Source of the DNA: Camelus ferus
Lineage: Eukaryota
Assembly (NCBI RefSeq): GCF_009834535.1
Contig: NC_045696.1
Location: forward strand, 48,920,001 to 48,984,000
Direction: 5' to 3'
DNA length: 64,000 nt
Under the pieces are notes generated by a model that saw nothing but the letters and a program-made list of their open reading frames with translations, was not told where the DNA came from and ran no database searches. Below, in pieces: positions 1 through 11,838 of this stretch. The first letter of the stretch is position 1, and each line of letters begins with the position of its first letter. Both the position numbers and the translations under genes were made by a program.

Positions 1-66
1 GGAACTCTCTATAATATCTTTTACTTTTTCTATAAATTTAAAACTGTTCTAAAAAGTAAAGTCTAT
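1..66 (+). mobile_element. 3' terminus of an old L1M-type LINE (window edge)
   Basis: ggaactctct...ataaatttaaaactgttctaaaaagtaaagtctat resembles the L1M 3' UTR end. Confidence 0.7.
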
Positions 67-402
67 GAAATATGAAGGCAAAATACTTTCCAGGTACACA
101 AACAAAGAATACATCACCTGTAGACCACATGACAAAAAATTTTAAAGGAATCCTCCACTCAGAAAGAAAATGATCCATGATGGAGAAATATGGATCTATG
201 CAAAATAATGGAGAACACTAGAAATGATAACTCTTTCCCTTTGTTAGTTAGAGACCTTTAAAATATAATTGACTATTTTAAAAGCTAATTGAAGAAAAAT
301 TACAATGTAACATTGGGATTACAACATATAGAGAAGTAAAATATATGAGACCAATAGCTTATAGACCAAGAAGGGAGAAATGAAAATACACTCCTACAAG
401 AT
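67..402 (+). mobile_element. Old L1 fragment, ORF1 3' end and inter-ORF region
   Basis: aatactttccagg...aaagaatacatcacctgtagaccac...aaaggaatcctcc...gaaaatgatcc; homologous to the ORF1 end at about 39880-39995. Confidence 0.7.
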
Positions 403-935
403 TACTGGGGATCTGTTTTTCTTGTACTCTTCAGATTGGATAATTTCTATTGTTCACTGAGCATTCCTCTGCCACCTAAATCAGCTTAACCCCATCCAGT
501 GAATTTTTCCATTTTAAATATTGCATTCTTAAATTCTAGAATTTCCATTTGATTCTTTTTCAGGCTGAAATTCCTTATCTGTTTATTCATTAAGACCATG
601 ATTTCCTTTATACACCTGTCATATTTATAAAAGCTACTTTTAAAGTCCTTGTCTACTAAGTCCAACATCTGATTCAGCTCATCATCTCCTTCTACTGACT
701 TGGACTGGAAATATCCTCCGGTGGAAACCCATATAAAAGTTAAATTGACCCAGTTCAGTGCCTGCCACCGTTTCTTTTTTTATTATTATTATTTCTTTTG
801 TCACTCTCCTTTGCCTTTGTATAGTCATGTATGTGTGTGTTTGTTTTTCACTATTTTGACCGAAGTTTATGATTGTTATCTGTGAGAAGGATAGTCCAAT
901 ACAGTCTATTCTACCATTACTAAAAGCATAACTTC
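403..935 (-). mobile_element. Old L1 5' end plus ORF1 N-terminal fragment
   Basis: ORF 486..668 (-) MLDLVDKDFK...KNQMEILEFKNAIFKMEK resembles the L1 ORF1p coiled coil; 860-935 resembles an L1M 5' terminus. Confidence 0.7.
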
Positions 936-1089
936 TTCAAGATGTTTTAAACTTGTAGAAAGTACATGTTTTCTGCCATCATGTTGAAGAAGAGAGCAGG
1001 AAGACTTTTTTTTCCTTTGAACTGAAATCTTAAGAACTAAGTATATATAACCCTTAGCTATGGCCTACTGATCTCATCTGTCTTCCAAT

Positions 1090-1810
1090 ATTCACTCAAA
1101 AATATTGTCAACTATGTGGCAGTCACTTCTGTAAGCATAGAGGAGATAATAATTGAATAAGATAAAGCCTTTGTCTGTAAAACTTATATTTAACAACCAT
1201 TATATTAAGTTTTAATCTCACTAAAAAATAAGTGACGTAAGAACAAGTTAGTAGAACAAAGAGTTATTAGGTGATAGGAGGGGTGGAACTATTTACACTG
1301 GGTGGTTAGAGAAGGCCTCTTCTGGACAGGTAATATATGAACCACAACCTAAATTCTTTCTAAATGGTTAGAAAGAATTAAATATGATAAAATCTAACGA
1401 TTGGCTTCTCAGTATATCTGAGGATAAACGTCTTAGATATTTAAGGATACTTCTCCCTTGGAAATATTGACATTTGGGGCCAAAAAAAGAAAGAGAAGAA
1501 GGCTGTCCTGTGCACTACAGGATGTTTATCAGGATCCCTATTATCTACCCACCAGACAGCAGCACCCCTCACCCCAGATTTTGATGATGAAAAATGTCTA
1601 CAGTTATTGCCAACCATCCCCTGAGGGGCAAAACCACCTCCAGTTGAGAGTCACTAATCTAGATGAAGAATATTTCAGGCATAAGTTATTATAAGGGCAA
1701 AGATTTTGAGACAAGAACAAGTCCAGCAAGCTCAAGCAAGAAAAAGAAGGGCAGTGGAGCTGACAGCTAGTGAGGGAGTAGAAATGTTAAGATGGGTTCT
1801 GAAAGATGAG
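1090..1810 (-). mobile_element. L2 3' region interrupted by MER20
   Basis: ttcactcaaaaatattgtcaactatgtggc and agagaaggcctctctgg are typical antisense L2 motifs; similarity resumes after 1660. Confidence 0.65.
1450..1657 (-). mobile_element. MER20 (hAT-Charlie MITE)
   Basis: ggctgtcctgtgcactacaggatgttt...aaaaatgtct...attgccaa...cccctgaggggcaaaaccacctccagttgagag matches the reverse complement of MER20. Confidence 0.85.
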
Positions 1811-2457
1811 AGAAGACTATATAATTGCTTAGTGTAGAAGGAGAAAATGAATAATTATTCATTTAATGCAGTCTGATTGAAATACATAGATATAGATACA
1901 TACCCATGAGGGTTGGTGAATTATAAAGGTTCTTTGTAAAGAAGTATTTGTGGACTATTTTAGAACACAAGAAGATGTGGCCTGGAGGCAAGGAGTTACA
2001 GCATAAAACCCAAAAGCTTCCGGTACATACAAGAGTTTGCCTCACTTTCTATGCATGACTCTTTCTGCTGTAGAAAATTCCACATGGTGACAAACTCTCA
2101 TAAGCCAACAACTAAGCGTCAGGGTGATACCCAGTAATATAAAGGCAGATTTATGAAATACCTAATTTAGATCCAAATAATTTTTGATAGGCATTGTATA
2201 ATAGCATATATATGCTTAATAACTTTGAATAAAAGAGCACTAAAATAAGGGTTAAAAGAGAAACGAAGAATAATATATAACTAGTATTTCTTAATCTGAA
2301 AATAATTTCAATCGCCACTCACTCCTAGAAAATAAGGTTTTGCTTTGGTCTCCTTTATTTTATGCCAATTGTAGTCTTCAAGGCCAGGATTCTTTGTTTA
2401 AAAAAGAAATTCTACTTTTGGGGAAATACTGTCAGATTTCAGAAGATTATTTTTAGG

Positions 2458-2821
2458 GGTGGAGGTGCCAAGGTGACAGAGCAGAGAGACTCACAGCTCA
2501 CCCTCTCCCACAAATACACCAAGAATTACATCTACAAACCCACTGATTCACACAGAACACCTACTGAACTCTGGCAGAGTGTCTCTTGCTTTGAAATACA
2601 GGAGGATTCTCACAAAACCTGAAAAACAACAAGTTCACACTGTACAGCACAGGGAACTATATTCAATATCTTATAGTAACTTATGGTGGAAAAGAATATG
2701 AAAACAAATATATGTATGTTAATGTATGTCTGAAGCATGCTATACACCAGAAATTGATACAACATTGTAAACTGACTATACTTCAATGAATGTATATACA
2801 AAAAATTAATTAATTTTTAAA
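2458..2821 (+). mobile_element. Short L1-derived retroelement: L1-like 5' UTR head (2458-2621) fused to L1 3' tail (2622-2821)
   Basis: TSD aagattatttttagg (2443-2457) / aagattgtttttagg (2822-2836); the tail is homologous to the L1 3' UTR at 37440-37612 (-); the head resembles an L1 5' start (ccaaggtgacagag...cagctcaccctctcccacaaatacaccaag). Confidence 0.8.
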
Positions 2822-3599
2822 AAGATTGTTTTTAGGTTAGTCAATTCTATTATAAATTTCATTCCTTGCTTTCTCTCTATAAAATTTCAAGTTTAAGTAG
2901 TATAGATATTAATGCATTTTCTCATCTGTTAAACGTAAAGAATTTGTATTAAAATACTGAATACTGTTATTATAACAATTTTGTGGATATGCTCCAGCAC
3001 GTATAGTAACAAGATAGTCTTCCAAATTCTTTTATCTTATGTAGGAAGGATGACATGAGTTTTTCCATGTCTTAGTGGTATTAAGATATCAGTCAGTATT
3101 AAATGCTATTTCAAATCTCCGGTATCCATTTTCTGTCTCGAATTCCCTTAATGTTGTGTATTTGGGTTGCACCTAAACATATTCTAATCTTCTAAGCTTA
3201 TGACAGACTGAACAGAAATACCATACATTTATTTCTAGCCTCATCATAGTATTTAACTAAGTCAAAATATAAAACACACAAAAAAAGAATGATTTGTGAT
3301 TTGGTGAAGTCATATGCTTTGCACATAATAGTTAAGTATGAGTGAATGAATGTATCCATAAATGAATGAATAACTGAGTGTTTTAGATCTGCAAGGAATC
3401 TTAAAGACCACCCAATTCAACACTCTCAATCTTTCAAAGAAAAACTCTCAGGCCAAAATATTTGATCAAAAGAAATTAATTTTCCCAAAATTTTAATAAT
3501 AAAGACATCTGATAACCCTCTCTATTTTGCTCATATTACTTACTTTAACTTAGTTATATCCAACTACCCACACATAACCTCTCATATGGTAATAGATTT

Positions 3600-4390
3600 A
3601 TCTATTTATTTTAAAACTTATTAAGCATTTCCTACATGCTAGGCATGGCCCTTAGGTACTGTGGCTACAGAGCGGAATAAGACATAGTCTTCATGTTTCA
3701 GGAGCTGAGAATCTGGCAGAAAGAAATGTATGTAAAAACTAATTAAAGAGTAAGACATGCTATGACAAAGCAAGGAACAGTTTGATGAACACCCAGAGGA
3801 AAGGCACACTGATTCCACCTGGAAGAGCTTGGGACTGCTCCTCAAGAAGATGAATTGCTACTGGGTCTTAAGGCTGAATAAGAGTATGACAGACTCAAAA
3901 CATGGACACATTCTAGGCGGCAGAATGTGCACATACAAGCCCCAGGGATGAGAGCTCAGAACATATTCGGGAGCGTGGTGTACTCTGAGGAGTGCCAGAG
4001 TTGAGACTAGAAATGCGCGTCTCAGCTAGATTGTAGAGAGACTGGTAGAGAGCCTGGTAAATAGCCATACTTTAGAAAACGTGTAAACTTCAAAAGCTGT
4101 ATCAGCAGCACAATACAAACAGATTAGCGTTTCTGAAAGACATCAGCTGGCAGTGAGAAAGTTGGATTTGAGATAATAGAAAGACAGTGGCAGAGAAAGG
4201 AGTTAAGAAGTGAATGTTGGAGTCCGGATGACAGATGATGAGGGTCTGGAGTGAAACAGAGTCAGCGACGATGGAGAAGGGCAGCTTAGCCCTTGGTAGG
4301 TGGTTGGATCAAGCAAGCAGACAAGGAGAAAAAGATGAAGGTAACTAAGGTCTGAGGGTTTTCTGGGACAACCAGGTAGATTAATTTTCT
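3600..4390 (-). mobile_element. L2 fragment
   Basis: ttattaagcatttcctacatgctaggcatgg...aataagacatagtc...aaagacatcagctggcag antisense L2 motifs. Confidence 0.7.
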
Positions 4391-4439
4391 TTGCTGTCAT
4401 TCTTTTTTATTATAAATATTATAAATTAATTGTTAGATT

Positions 4440-4910
4440 CTGAGTAAAAGCCAAAATATTTACAATGCCCTACAAGGCCTGCATAAGATGGCTTCTATTG
4501 CCTCTTTGATCCCATCTCCTATGACTATTTAATCCTTCACCACCAGCTCTGCCCTGGCCACACTGCCTACATGCTGTCCTTCAGGAAAGCAGGGCGCACT
4601 CAACCATGGGACCTCCTGACCCAACCGCTTAAACCTGCAGCCCCCTCCTTTCCTGTTGCTCCCTATCTCTCTAAGTTTCCCTTTCTATGTGGCATTTATC
4701 ATTTACCTCCACTATTTTATATCTGTGTGTGTATGTGTATGATGATTGCCATTCTCTGCTTCCTAGGTTGTTAACACCATAAGGACCAGGGTTATTGTCA
4801 GTTTTTATTCACCACTCTCTCCGAGCACATAGAAGACTGTCCAATAGACGTTCAACAAATATTTGTTAAATAAAATAATGCATGCATGCATGAATGGAAG
4901 ATGCATGAAT
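4440..4910 (+). mobile_element. L2 3' end
   Basis: acaatgccctacaaggcctgcataag...ttcaacaaatatttgttaaataaa followed by a (tgaa)n-like tail. Confidence 0.75.
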
Positions 4911-5589
4911 GAAGACCTTAATGGATTAATATTGCCTGAAGTAGGAACCTTAATTAATGTTTTTAAAAATTTAAATCATGTTTCTAAATCTGACAATTTA
5001 CATATATTTATTCCAGGAAAAAAACACAGGAAGGGGAAAAATGTGCCACTTACCTTCTTCACTTAATTCCAGACTATGCGTTTGATGAATCTCTTTTTAG
5101 CTCAGTTCAGGCTTTCACCCTGACCCCTACATGACTTTTAGAATGTGAAAAATTTTGAGTAGGCTCATAGTATTCATTTTGAAGGGTTTTATTTTTTATT
5201 GTCATGAAGTCTGTTTTATATTTTCACCCTTCATAGTATTATTTAAATTATACTTCCAGTCTATATATAAATTCATTCACATTTCCACCCCAGGAATTTT
5301 TCAAAAACTCATTCTCCTTCCTTTACTTCACTACCCCTACATCTACTCTGAAAATTTAAAATAAAGCAGATTCTCTTTTATTCTTCCACAAGTTTCCTTT
5401 TCTGTCTAGACAGACCCCTATATCTGATCCTAAGGCTACTCTTACATCCTCAGAAAAAGAAAAGAAGAAAGTACTATAAGTATAAAACCTTATTTAAATC
5501 TCATAATTATTTTAATTTAAAATTAAAATTGAAGCAAAGCACATTATTATAGAGTTAAAATAGAGGGAAGAAAGCACAATTGTTAAGCT

Positions 5590-5800
5590 AGCATTCTATT
5601 GCAGGCCCTGAAGCCATGCCACATGTTAAGCTTGCACTTTGCACAGATCTGTAAAGGTAGGTAGAACTGACCCTCTGTTTTTTGCAGATGGGGATACTTA
5701 GGCTAATGGAAGTCCAATGAGTTGCCCATGGCTACACCACTACTAAATGGCAAGCCAAGAATTTAAATGCAATTCTGATGCTAAAATCTATCCTTTTTTT
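5590..5800 (-). mobile_element. MIR
   Basis: MIR core ttttgcagatggggatacttaggct...gagttgcccatggctacac. Confidence 0.7.
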
Positions 5801-6764
5801 TCCCCCTAAGGATAGGGAAAAAAGTCCTGATAAAAGAATTAGGCTAAATGATCCCTAAGATTGCTTTAAGCAGTAATATTCCATGGGTCTAAAGATCCAT
5901 ACAGTGATATTTGCCTATGACTATAGTAACCTCAAAACAAAGCAACATCAGATTAATATTTACTTTTTCTAACAAGTAAGGGCAAACAAAAATAAGCAAA
6001 ATCATCTGAAAATACCTAAGAAGTCTACAAAAGTATAACTAGCTAGAAAAGTAAAAGGTCCAATTCCTAGTTACTTTTCCACCACATCCTAAGTCTATTC
6101 ACAAGCGTTTGGAGTTTAAGGGACAAAATTTAGACAAACAGACAAGCCGCGGTTTAACTTAATATTGTATCAAATATCAACAGTATGCATAGTATAAACT
6201 TGGATATTCACAGCATGCCTTGTCATCAGAAAAGCATGCTATTATTACCAAATTAAGACACATAAGTATGCCTGCACCCCGCCCTTCAGCTTCAAAGCCG
6301 AGTTGCTGAGGCTCAAAACACCAACATTATAGTTGTTGGTAATCCCAGTTAACCCGTGCAGCCCAATGACCCATCCATATACGGCAATGGCATGCCCTGT
6401 GACTCATCACCAAGGGGCTCTGCAGAGAAAGCAGCTCCAGGAGGCCCACAGGTTACGAAAACTGATCTCCACATGGGCACAAGAGCAAATGGCCCATTCC
6501 TCTCATTTGCCAAAGGGGCTTATCATGAAGTAAGAGATAAAGCTCCCTCTGAGATAATGCCCCTCCCATTCCCACTGCTAAGAGACCCCAAGGTAAAGAG
6601 AAGCATGGGATGTTCAAGCTTGAAGAGCTGCTGAGCTGTAATACAATATAGCCTCCTGGATTCACGTGGCCATCAGAGAGCAAGGCACCCACACAAAGGT
6701 GGAGTGGGGCTGAGGCAGCCAGGGCCCCAGGTGTCTTTCTTTGCATCCCTTTCCAAAGGAGATA

Positions 6765-6960
6765 CTGCAGAATGGTTAAGAGGTCTGAGACAGACTTTGA
6801 CTGTCCTGCTTTGAAATTCTACTTATTTTATGTTAACTCTATGTGTGAATCTAGGTCACCTGATTTGAGCCTCATTGATGAGGTCCAAATAGGACACTGC
6901 ATGACAGGTACTGCTACCAAGCCTTACACAGGTAGCTGTTTAATAAATGTTGTTTACATA
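6765..6960 (+). mobile_element. MIR
   Basis: agaatggttaagagg...cagac...ttgaaattctac...tctatgtgtgaatctagg...tgagcctca. Confidence 0.6.
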
Positions 6961-7223
6961 AATTATGTTATTTATCCTCATATCAAATATAGTATGGATT
7001 ATCATTAATAACAATAAGGGATAAAAATAGGAAAAGTGGTCTATTTTAAGTAGTTTATACCTTTGTTCTTTGGGGGCATCTCCTTATTTCTATATAATGT
7101 GACCATGGATGCTTGACCCAGCACTAGCTATTAACCAGTGTCACTACCCCCTTCATGCAGCTTCAGAGTCCAACCTTCACAAGGGATCCTGACTGCTGCT
7201 TCACAGCCTGCAGAATATCCAAT

Positions 7224-7268
7224 TGATTTCAATTTCAGTGATTTCAATTTCAGTGATTTCAATTTCAA
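7224..7268 (+). repeat. Tandem repeat, 15-bp unit tgatttcaatttcag, 3 copies
   Basis: Read directly; the third copy ends in a instead of g. Confidence 0.95.
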
Positions 7269-7660
7269 TTACGTTAAATTCAATTTAAGTTAAAGTAATT
7301 GGGAGGACCTAGGCTTGTAAGCTGCAGTGACTAGATGTATCAAACAATCACAACACGTGGCACAATCTCACAGTTGGGACAAGTCCTGTAAAGTTTGGCA
7401 AACAGGCCTCCTCTTTCCTCTTTAAAAACCCTGCTCCCCTCTTCTGAGTCGTCCTCTCAATGCCTCACACTGGCCCAGGGGCCCCACCTTCCATGAACGC
7501 TCGCACCTCCCCTGGACATACCTTACTGACTTGTACTAACAAAACTGGTCTGTAAAGGAGCCTACTGACCCACACTCAGACGCTAACAACAGGATGACGT
7601 GTGACCCTTCCCAGGGACATTTGTATCCAAAAGGAGTTGAGAGTTTAACAAAGGAATTAC

Positions 7661-7761
7661 CTTCAGTTGTAAAATTTTAAGTAAGAAAAAGAGGAAGATA
7701 TTTTGAGGTACATGGTGTTCCCAGTTCCTCCCAGATAATGTCATTTCAAGATCTGCCTACC
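7661..7761 (-). other. Candidate 101-nt internal exon, probably non-coding or 5' UTR
   Basis: Minus strand: tctaatatttttcatcaacag|GGTAGG...CTGAAG|gtaatt, with branch-point-like CTAAT; lies in unique sequence. Confidence 0.4.
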
Positions 7762-10737
7762 CTGTTGATGAAAAATATTAGATAAAAACTTCTTTTAAAA
7801 AATTTTTAAGCTTAACAGGAAATCCCCCTGCTGGATGTTTAAACTTAATTTGCTCTTTTAAGATTCAGTCAGTTGAGTAAAACTAAAAACAGCAGGCATC
7901 TGTCTCAAAAACAATACAGAGGCCTTCTCCATCACACCCCCATGGCAAGATGGGGCAAGTACCTGTCCTGATTTGACTTTGGCCCAACTATTGAACACCT
8001 GCTGTATGCAAGACATCCTCCTAGACAACATGAGGATAGAAAAATTGCTTTTTTCAGTCAGATGCCAGCAACTCAGTCAAAATTAACCTTATTTGCCCCC
8101 AAAATTCTTTCTTTATTGCTCAACTTTAGAACCCACCACCTGACTTAGTTTTGTGGTTAACTGTGTTTATGACTGCCTTCTTCATTAGACAAGATTCCTC
8201 TCCACAGAAGGGACCATTTTCCAGACATTTCTAGAGGCCATGACACTTAACACAATACTTGGTCCTTGGGAAGTACATCTAGACACTTAGGCCTGAAAAT
8301 CCTAACCCTACAGCCATTTCCTAGAGCTGATCAACAAATCCTCTAGGTTGGAAGACTCACTTCCAAAGTGAAGAAATTCGGTCATTGTAATGCATAATAA
8401 GAGTCCAAATAGAAAGTGAGCACACGTTATTTATTGTCTCTATGTTTCATGACAAAATTTGAGACACATTGTTAAAAAATATTTTTCACACCTCTGCATC
8501 AATATTTAAGATCATATAAGATAAAATGGCATCAATCACATAACTAAATGCTTCTTTCTGAAAAAATTACATTATATGAAATGCAAAGCAAAATTTAACA
8601 AAATAATCCCTTAAAATTAGGTTGTCCTTTCAGTTATTTCAGTTATTTCACTGCTAGTGAAAACTTTAGTTTTTTTTAAAACTTATGTATTGTTCTCTCT
8701 CCTAGAAATATTGGCAAGTCTGTGCTTTTTCACTTGGATTACAAACATTTTAGAGATACATTTAAAGGTATGTTTTTTGTTTCTGATGTCCAAAAGTTAT
8801 TATTTAGGGAAAACAGCCTTTCTGTCAGAGCATTTGTACATAACAATGAGACAGTGGATCCAAATAATGTCACTGTGTGCTTTGAATCCTATTGGTTTCG
8901 TGACAAACATCTTTATATCCTCTTAGCCATCTCTGCCCCGGAGAGTCTTTCTACTCACCCTGTTCGGCTCACAAACTCTCATTAAATGTAATTTTAGAAT
9001 ATGTTTATTTAACAGATTGTTTTCTAAAAAGTAAGAAAGCCTTCTATGAATTTACAAAAAAAAAAAAAGTCTCCCCTTTTCTACCTGTAAGTTAATAGAG
9101 CCTAAAATAAATCAAGTTTGTTTTTTGTTTTTTTTTTTTGCCTGAGTATATAAAAGCATATCAAATTCCCAGTGCTATCAATATACATCTCACTTCTGGA
9201 ATGTGCACAATATCACTTGTGATTACTGGTTATTTCTTAAAATGGGATATTCCTTTTACCTAGTTGCTTTGAAAGTACACATTTTCTTGATTTTTACATT
9301 CATTTTGACATTAAAATGAAATATAATTTATTTTGAACTTTAAAGAATGCTAGCAATGTAGGCAAGTAACTGCTTTCAGTTATACTTGGAAATATTTGTC
9401 ATGCGTATCACCTTGAATGAGGGACTCAGCTTTGCCTTGCTCAGGCAAACACAGCAGTTGCCCTGGCATTAATATCAGGGGGTGTTCAAAGAGAGTAAGG
9501 TTAGTAAAGCGCATAAAAGTTCCTGCAGATATTTTTGTAAACGTTCCATTTCTCAGCCTCTGACTTGCATCATTCCACTGTTATTGCCAAATCGGGGGGG
9601 ATTCCTGTGGCATTTTGATGTTTTAAGACACTAGTAAGACAGTATGCTTAATACCAGGACCATCCTGGAAATTTTGTGAATCTGATTTAAGAACAACCAC
9701 CCAGATACGTGAATAAATACGTCACATAGGGACGACTTCAGAAGAGAGGCTGCCCAGATAGCCCAGAGCTGGCCACTGAGTTCAGATTCTTTTCCCAGGA
9801 AAAAAGAAGCACCATGCCTCCTTGAGTAATAATCAGTATCCACAATTAATGTTTATCTGCCAATCTGCTGTTGCCAACTGGGTACACTATTTGGGGGGGA
9901 AAGAGCTATCATTCAAAACTATGAATTTGACTTTTCCAAAGGAGTACTGTCTGACTGGCTGAATGTTCTTTGTCTCTTCCATCGCAGCAAGGTATCAGTG
10001 AAATACGATAGACTACAAGGTGGCACATTAAAGGGGAAAACAGCACATATGCGAACACGAACCACCATCTCCTTCCCAAAGAGCCGCTGTTTCCTGACAG
10101 CTCTCTGCATCACCAGATTTGAATAGAAATTCATGTCAAAGCATATGTAAGTCTCATAAAAATTCAATAGTGCTTCTTTTATTAGGAGAGTGCAGGATGT
10201 CCTCAGGAGACATCAGAGCGAATCTGGAATTTAGAGTTCAAGAAATGAAGCAAAATGTAGACATGTGGCGTGGAGCTGCTATTAAGCAGAGTGGAACTAA
10301 CAGTCTCCACCATCTTTTCACCAGAAGAGGCTGCTGCCAGGTGAGAACTGCTCCAGTTTGTGCACGTAAGATCTAAAACACCATCGAATCCTCTGCATTC
10401 TAAGATTACGGAAGCAGGAGTCACAGAAACTTGGTTTTAGACTGGGTTCTACCATAAGCTAGCTTTAAAACCTTGTAAATGAATTTATTGACTTATCCAC
10501 CAATAATTTATGGACCAACAACCCTAAGCCAGACACCGTTTATTGCTGGAAATACAGGTAAACAAAAGAGACAGCTCGTCTCCCCCCATAAAGCTCACAG
10601 TCGAGCATGGCTGACAAATATTAAATATAACCATACAGTGTGCAATAAATATTACAAACAAAAAATATAGTCAATTAGGAATTCTAACGGAGTGGTGAGT
10701 CAGGAAAGGCCCCTCTGAGAAAAGTGACATTTAAGCC

Positions 10738-10911
10738 GGTAGTTCTAAATTTTGTACATTAAAATCAACTGGAGGAGCTTTAAAATCAATGTGAGTGCCT
10801 AACCCTACACCAGATCAAAGGAAGTGAATTGAAGAATGAGGTCCAGTAAGCATTATTTATTAAAATCTCACCTAAGTGATTATTATTTGCGGCCAGCATT
10901 GAGGACCACAG
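10738..10911. mobile_element. MER5-family hAT MITE
   Basis: gtagttctaaa...cattaaaatcaactggaggagctttaaaa...ccagcattgaggaccacag. Confidence 0.65.
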
Positions 10912-11037
10912 ATTTCAGCTGGTATTGGAAGGCAGGAAGAGGCTCAGTAAAGAGTAGAGGGGAAAGTTTTCAAGCCACAAAGAATGATATTTGTCAAAGC
11001 ACTGGAAAGAGCCTGCCATATTTGGGAATTAAAAGGA

Positions 11038-11172
11038 GGAAGAGGGTGTAGCTCCAGTGGTAGAGTGCATGCCTTAGCATGCAAGGGGTCCTGGGTTCAA
11101 TCCCCAGGACCTCCATTAAAATAAAACATACAAATAAAGAAAATAAGCCTAATAACCTCTCCCACAAAAAAA
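11038..11172 (+). mobile_element. tRNA-derived camelid SINE (Vic-1 type)
   Basis: gagggtgtagctccagtggtagagtgcatg (A box), gggttcaatcccc (B box), then A-rich body and aataagcctaataacctctccc tail. Confidence 0.85.
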
Positions 11173-11838
11173 GGGGGGAGAGAGGGAGTCGGAGGGAGCG
11201 GGGGGAAAAGCACTGGAAGATGGATTAGGCAGGGACACTGGATCAGTAAACAATCTGAAGGATTTGGGATGTTAACCTAAGTACAATGTAAAGCTATTAA
11301 ATGGAACTTTCATGACCAGTTTTTAAAGATTACTTTGGCTCCTCTCTATAAAAAGCACTGGAAGGGTCAAAAGAGGAATAAGGGACTAAGAAAGTAAGAG
11401 AGAATGATGATGGCTTGCACTGGGCTCATAGCAATAGAGGTGGAGAGAGAATTATTTTGAGCAATTTCAGAGATAGAACTGATATTCTGATGAATTACAT
11501 AAAGGAGGGTGAGGGAGAGGTGTGAAAGAGGATTCCCAGGTTTCTGGTTTGAACAGCTGGGCAAAAGAATGCACATTTGCTGAGATGTATGACACTGGAG
11601 AAGATACAGGGTTTGTACCTGTGAATCTGAGGTACTTGTGACACTCGAGTGCAGGTGTCAAGTAAGCAGCTGGATACGGGTCTAAGGAAGTCTAGACATA
11701 CCGATATGGAAGTCAGCAGCATATAGACAGTACTTGAAGCCAAGTGTGAATGAAAGTCTGGAGAAAGCACAGGATAAAAGGGCTGAGGTAGTCCAAGTCT
11801 CAATGCTGTTACTGTAAAATGAAAGGATTGGATATGAT

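Larger units (their letters stand above)
10480..11830 (-). mobile_element. L2 fragment with nested MER5-type MITE and SINE
   Basis: ggtgagtcaggaaaggcccctctgagaaaagtgacattta; gtgaaagaggattcccaggtttctggtttgaacagctggg; tgtcaagtaagcagctggata. Confidence 0.8.

Noticed and set aside
7224..7268. CRISPR-like array
   Set aside because: Direct tandem units without spacers, in a mammalian context
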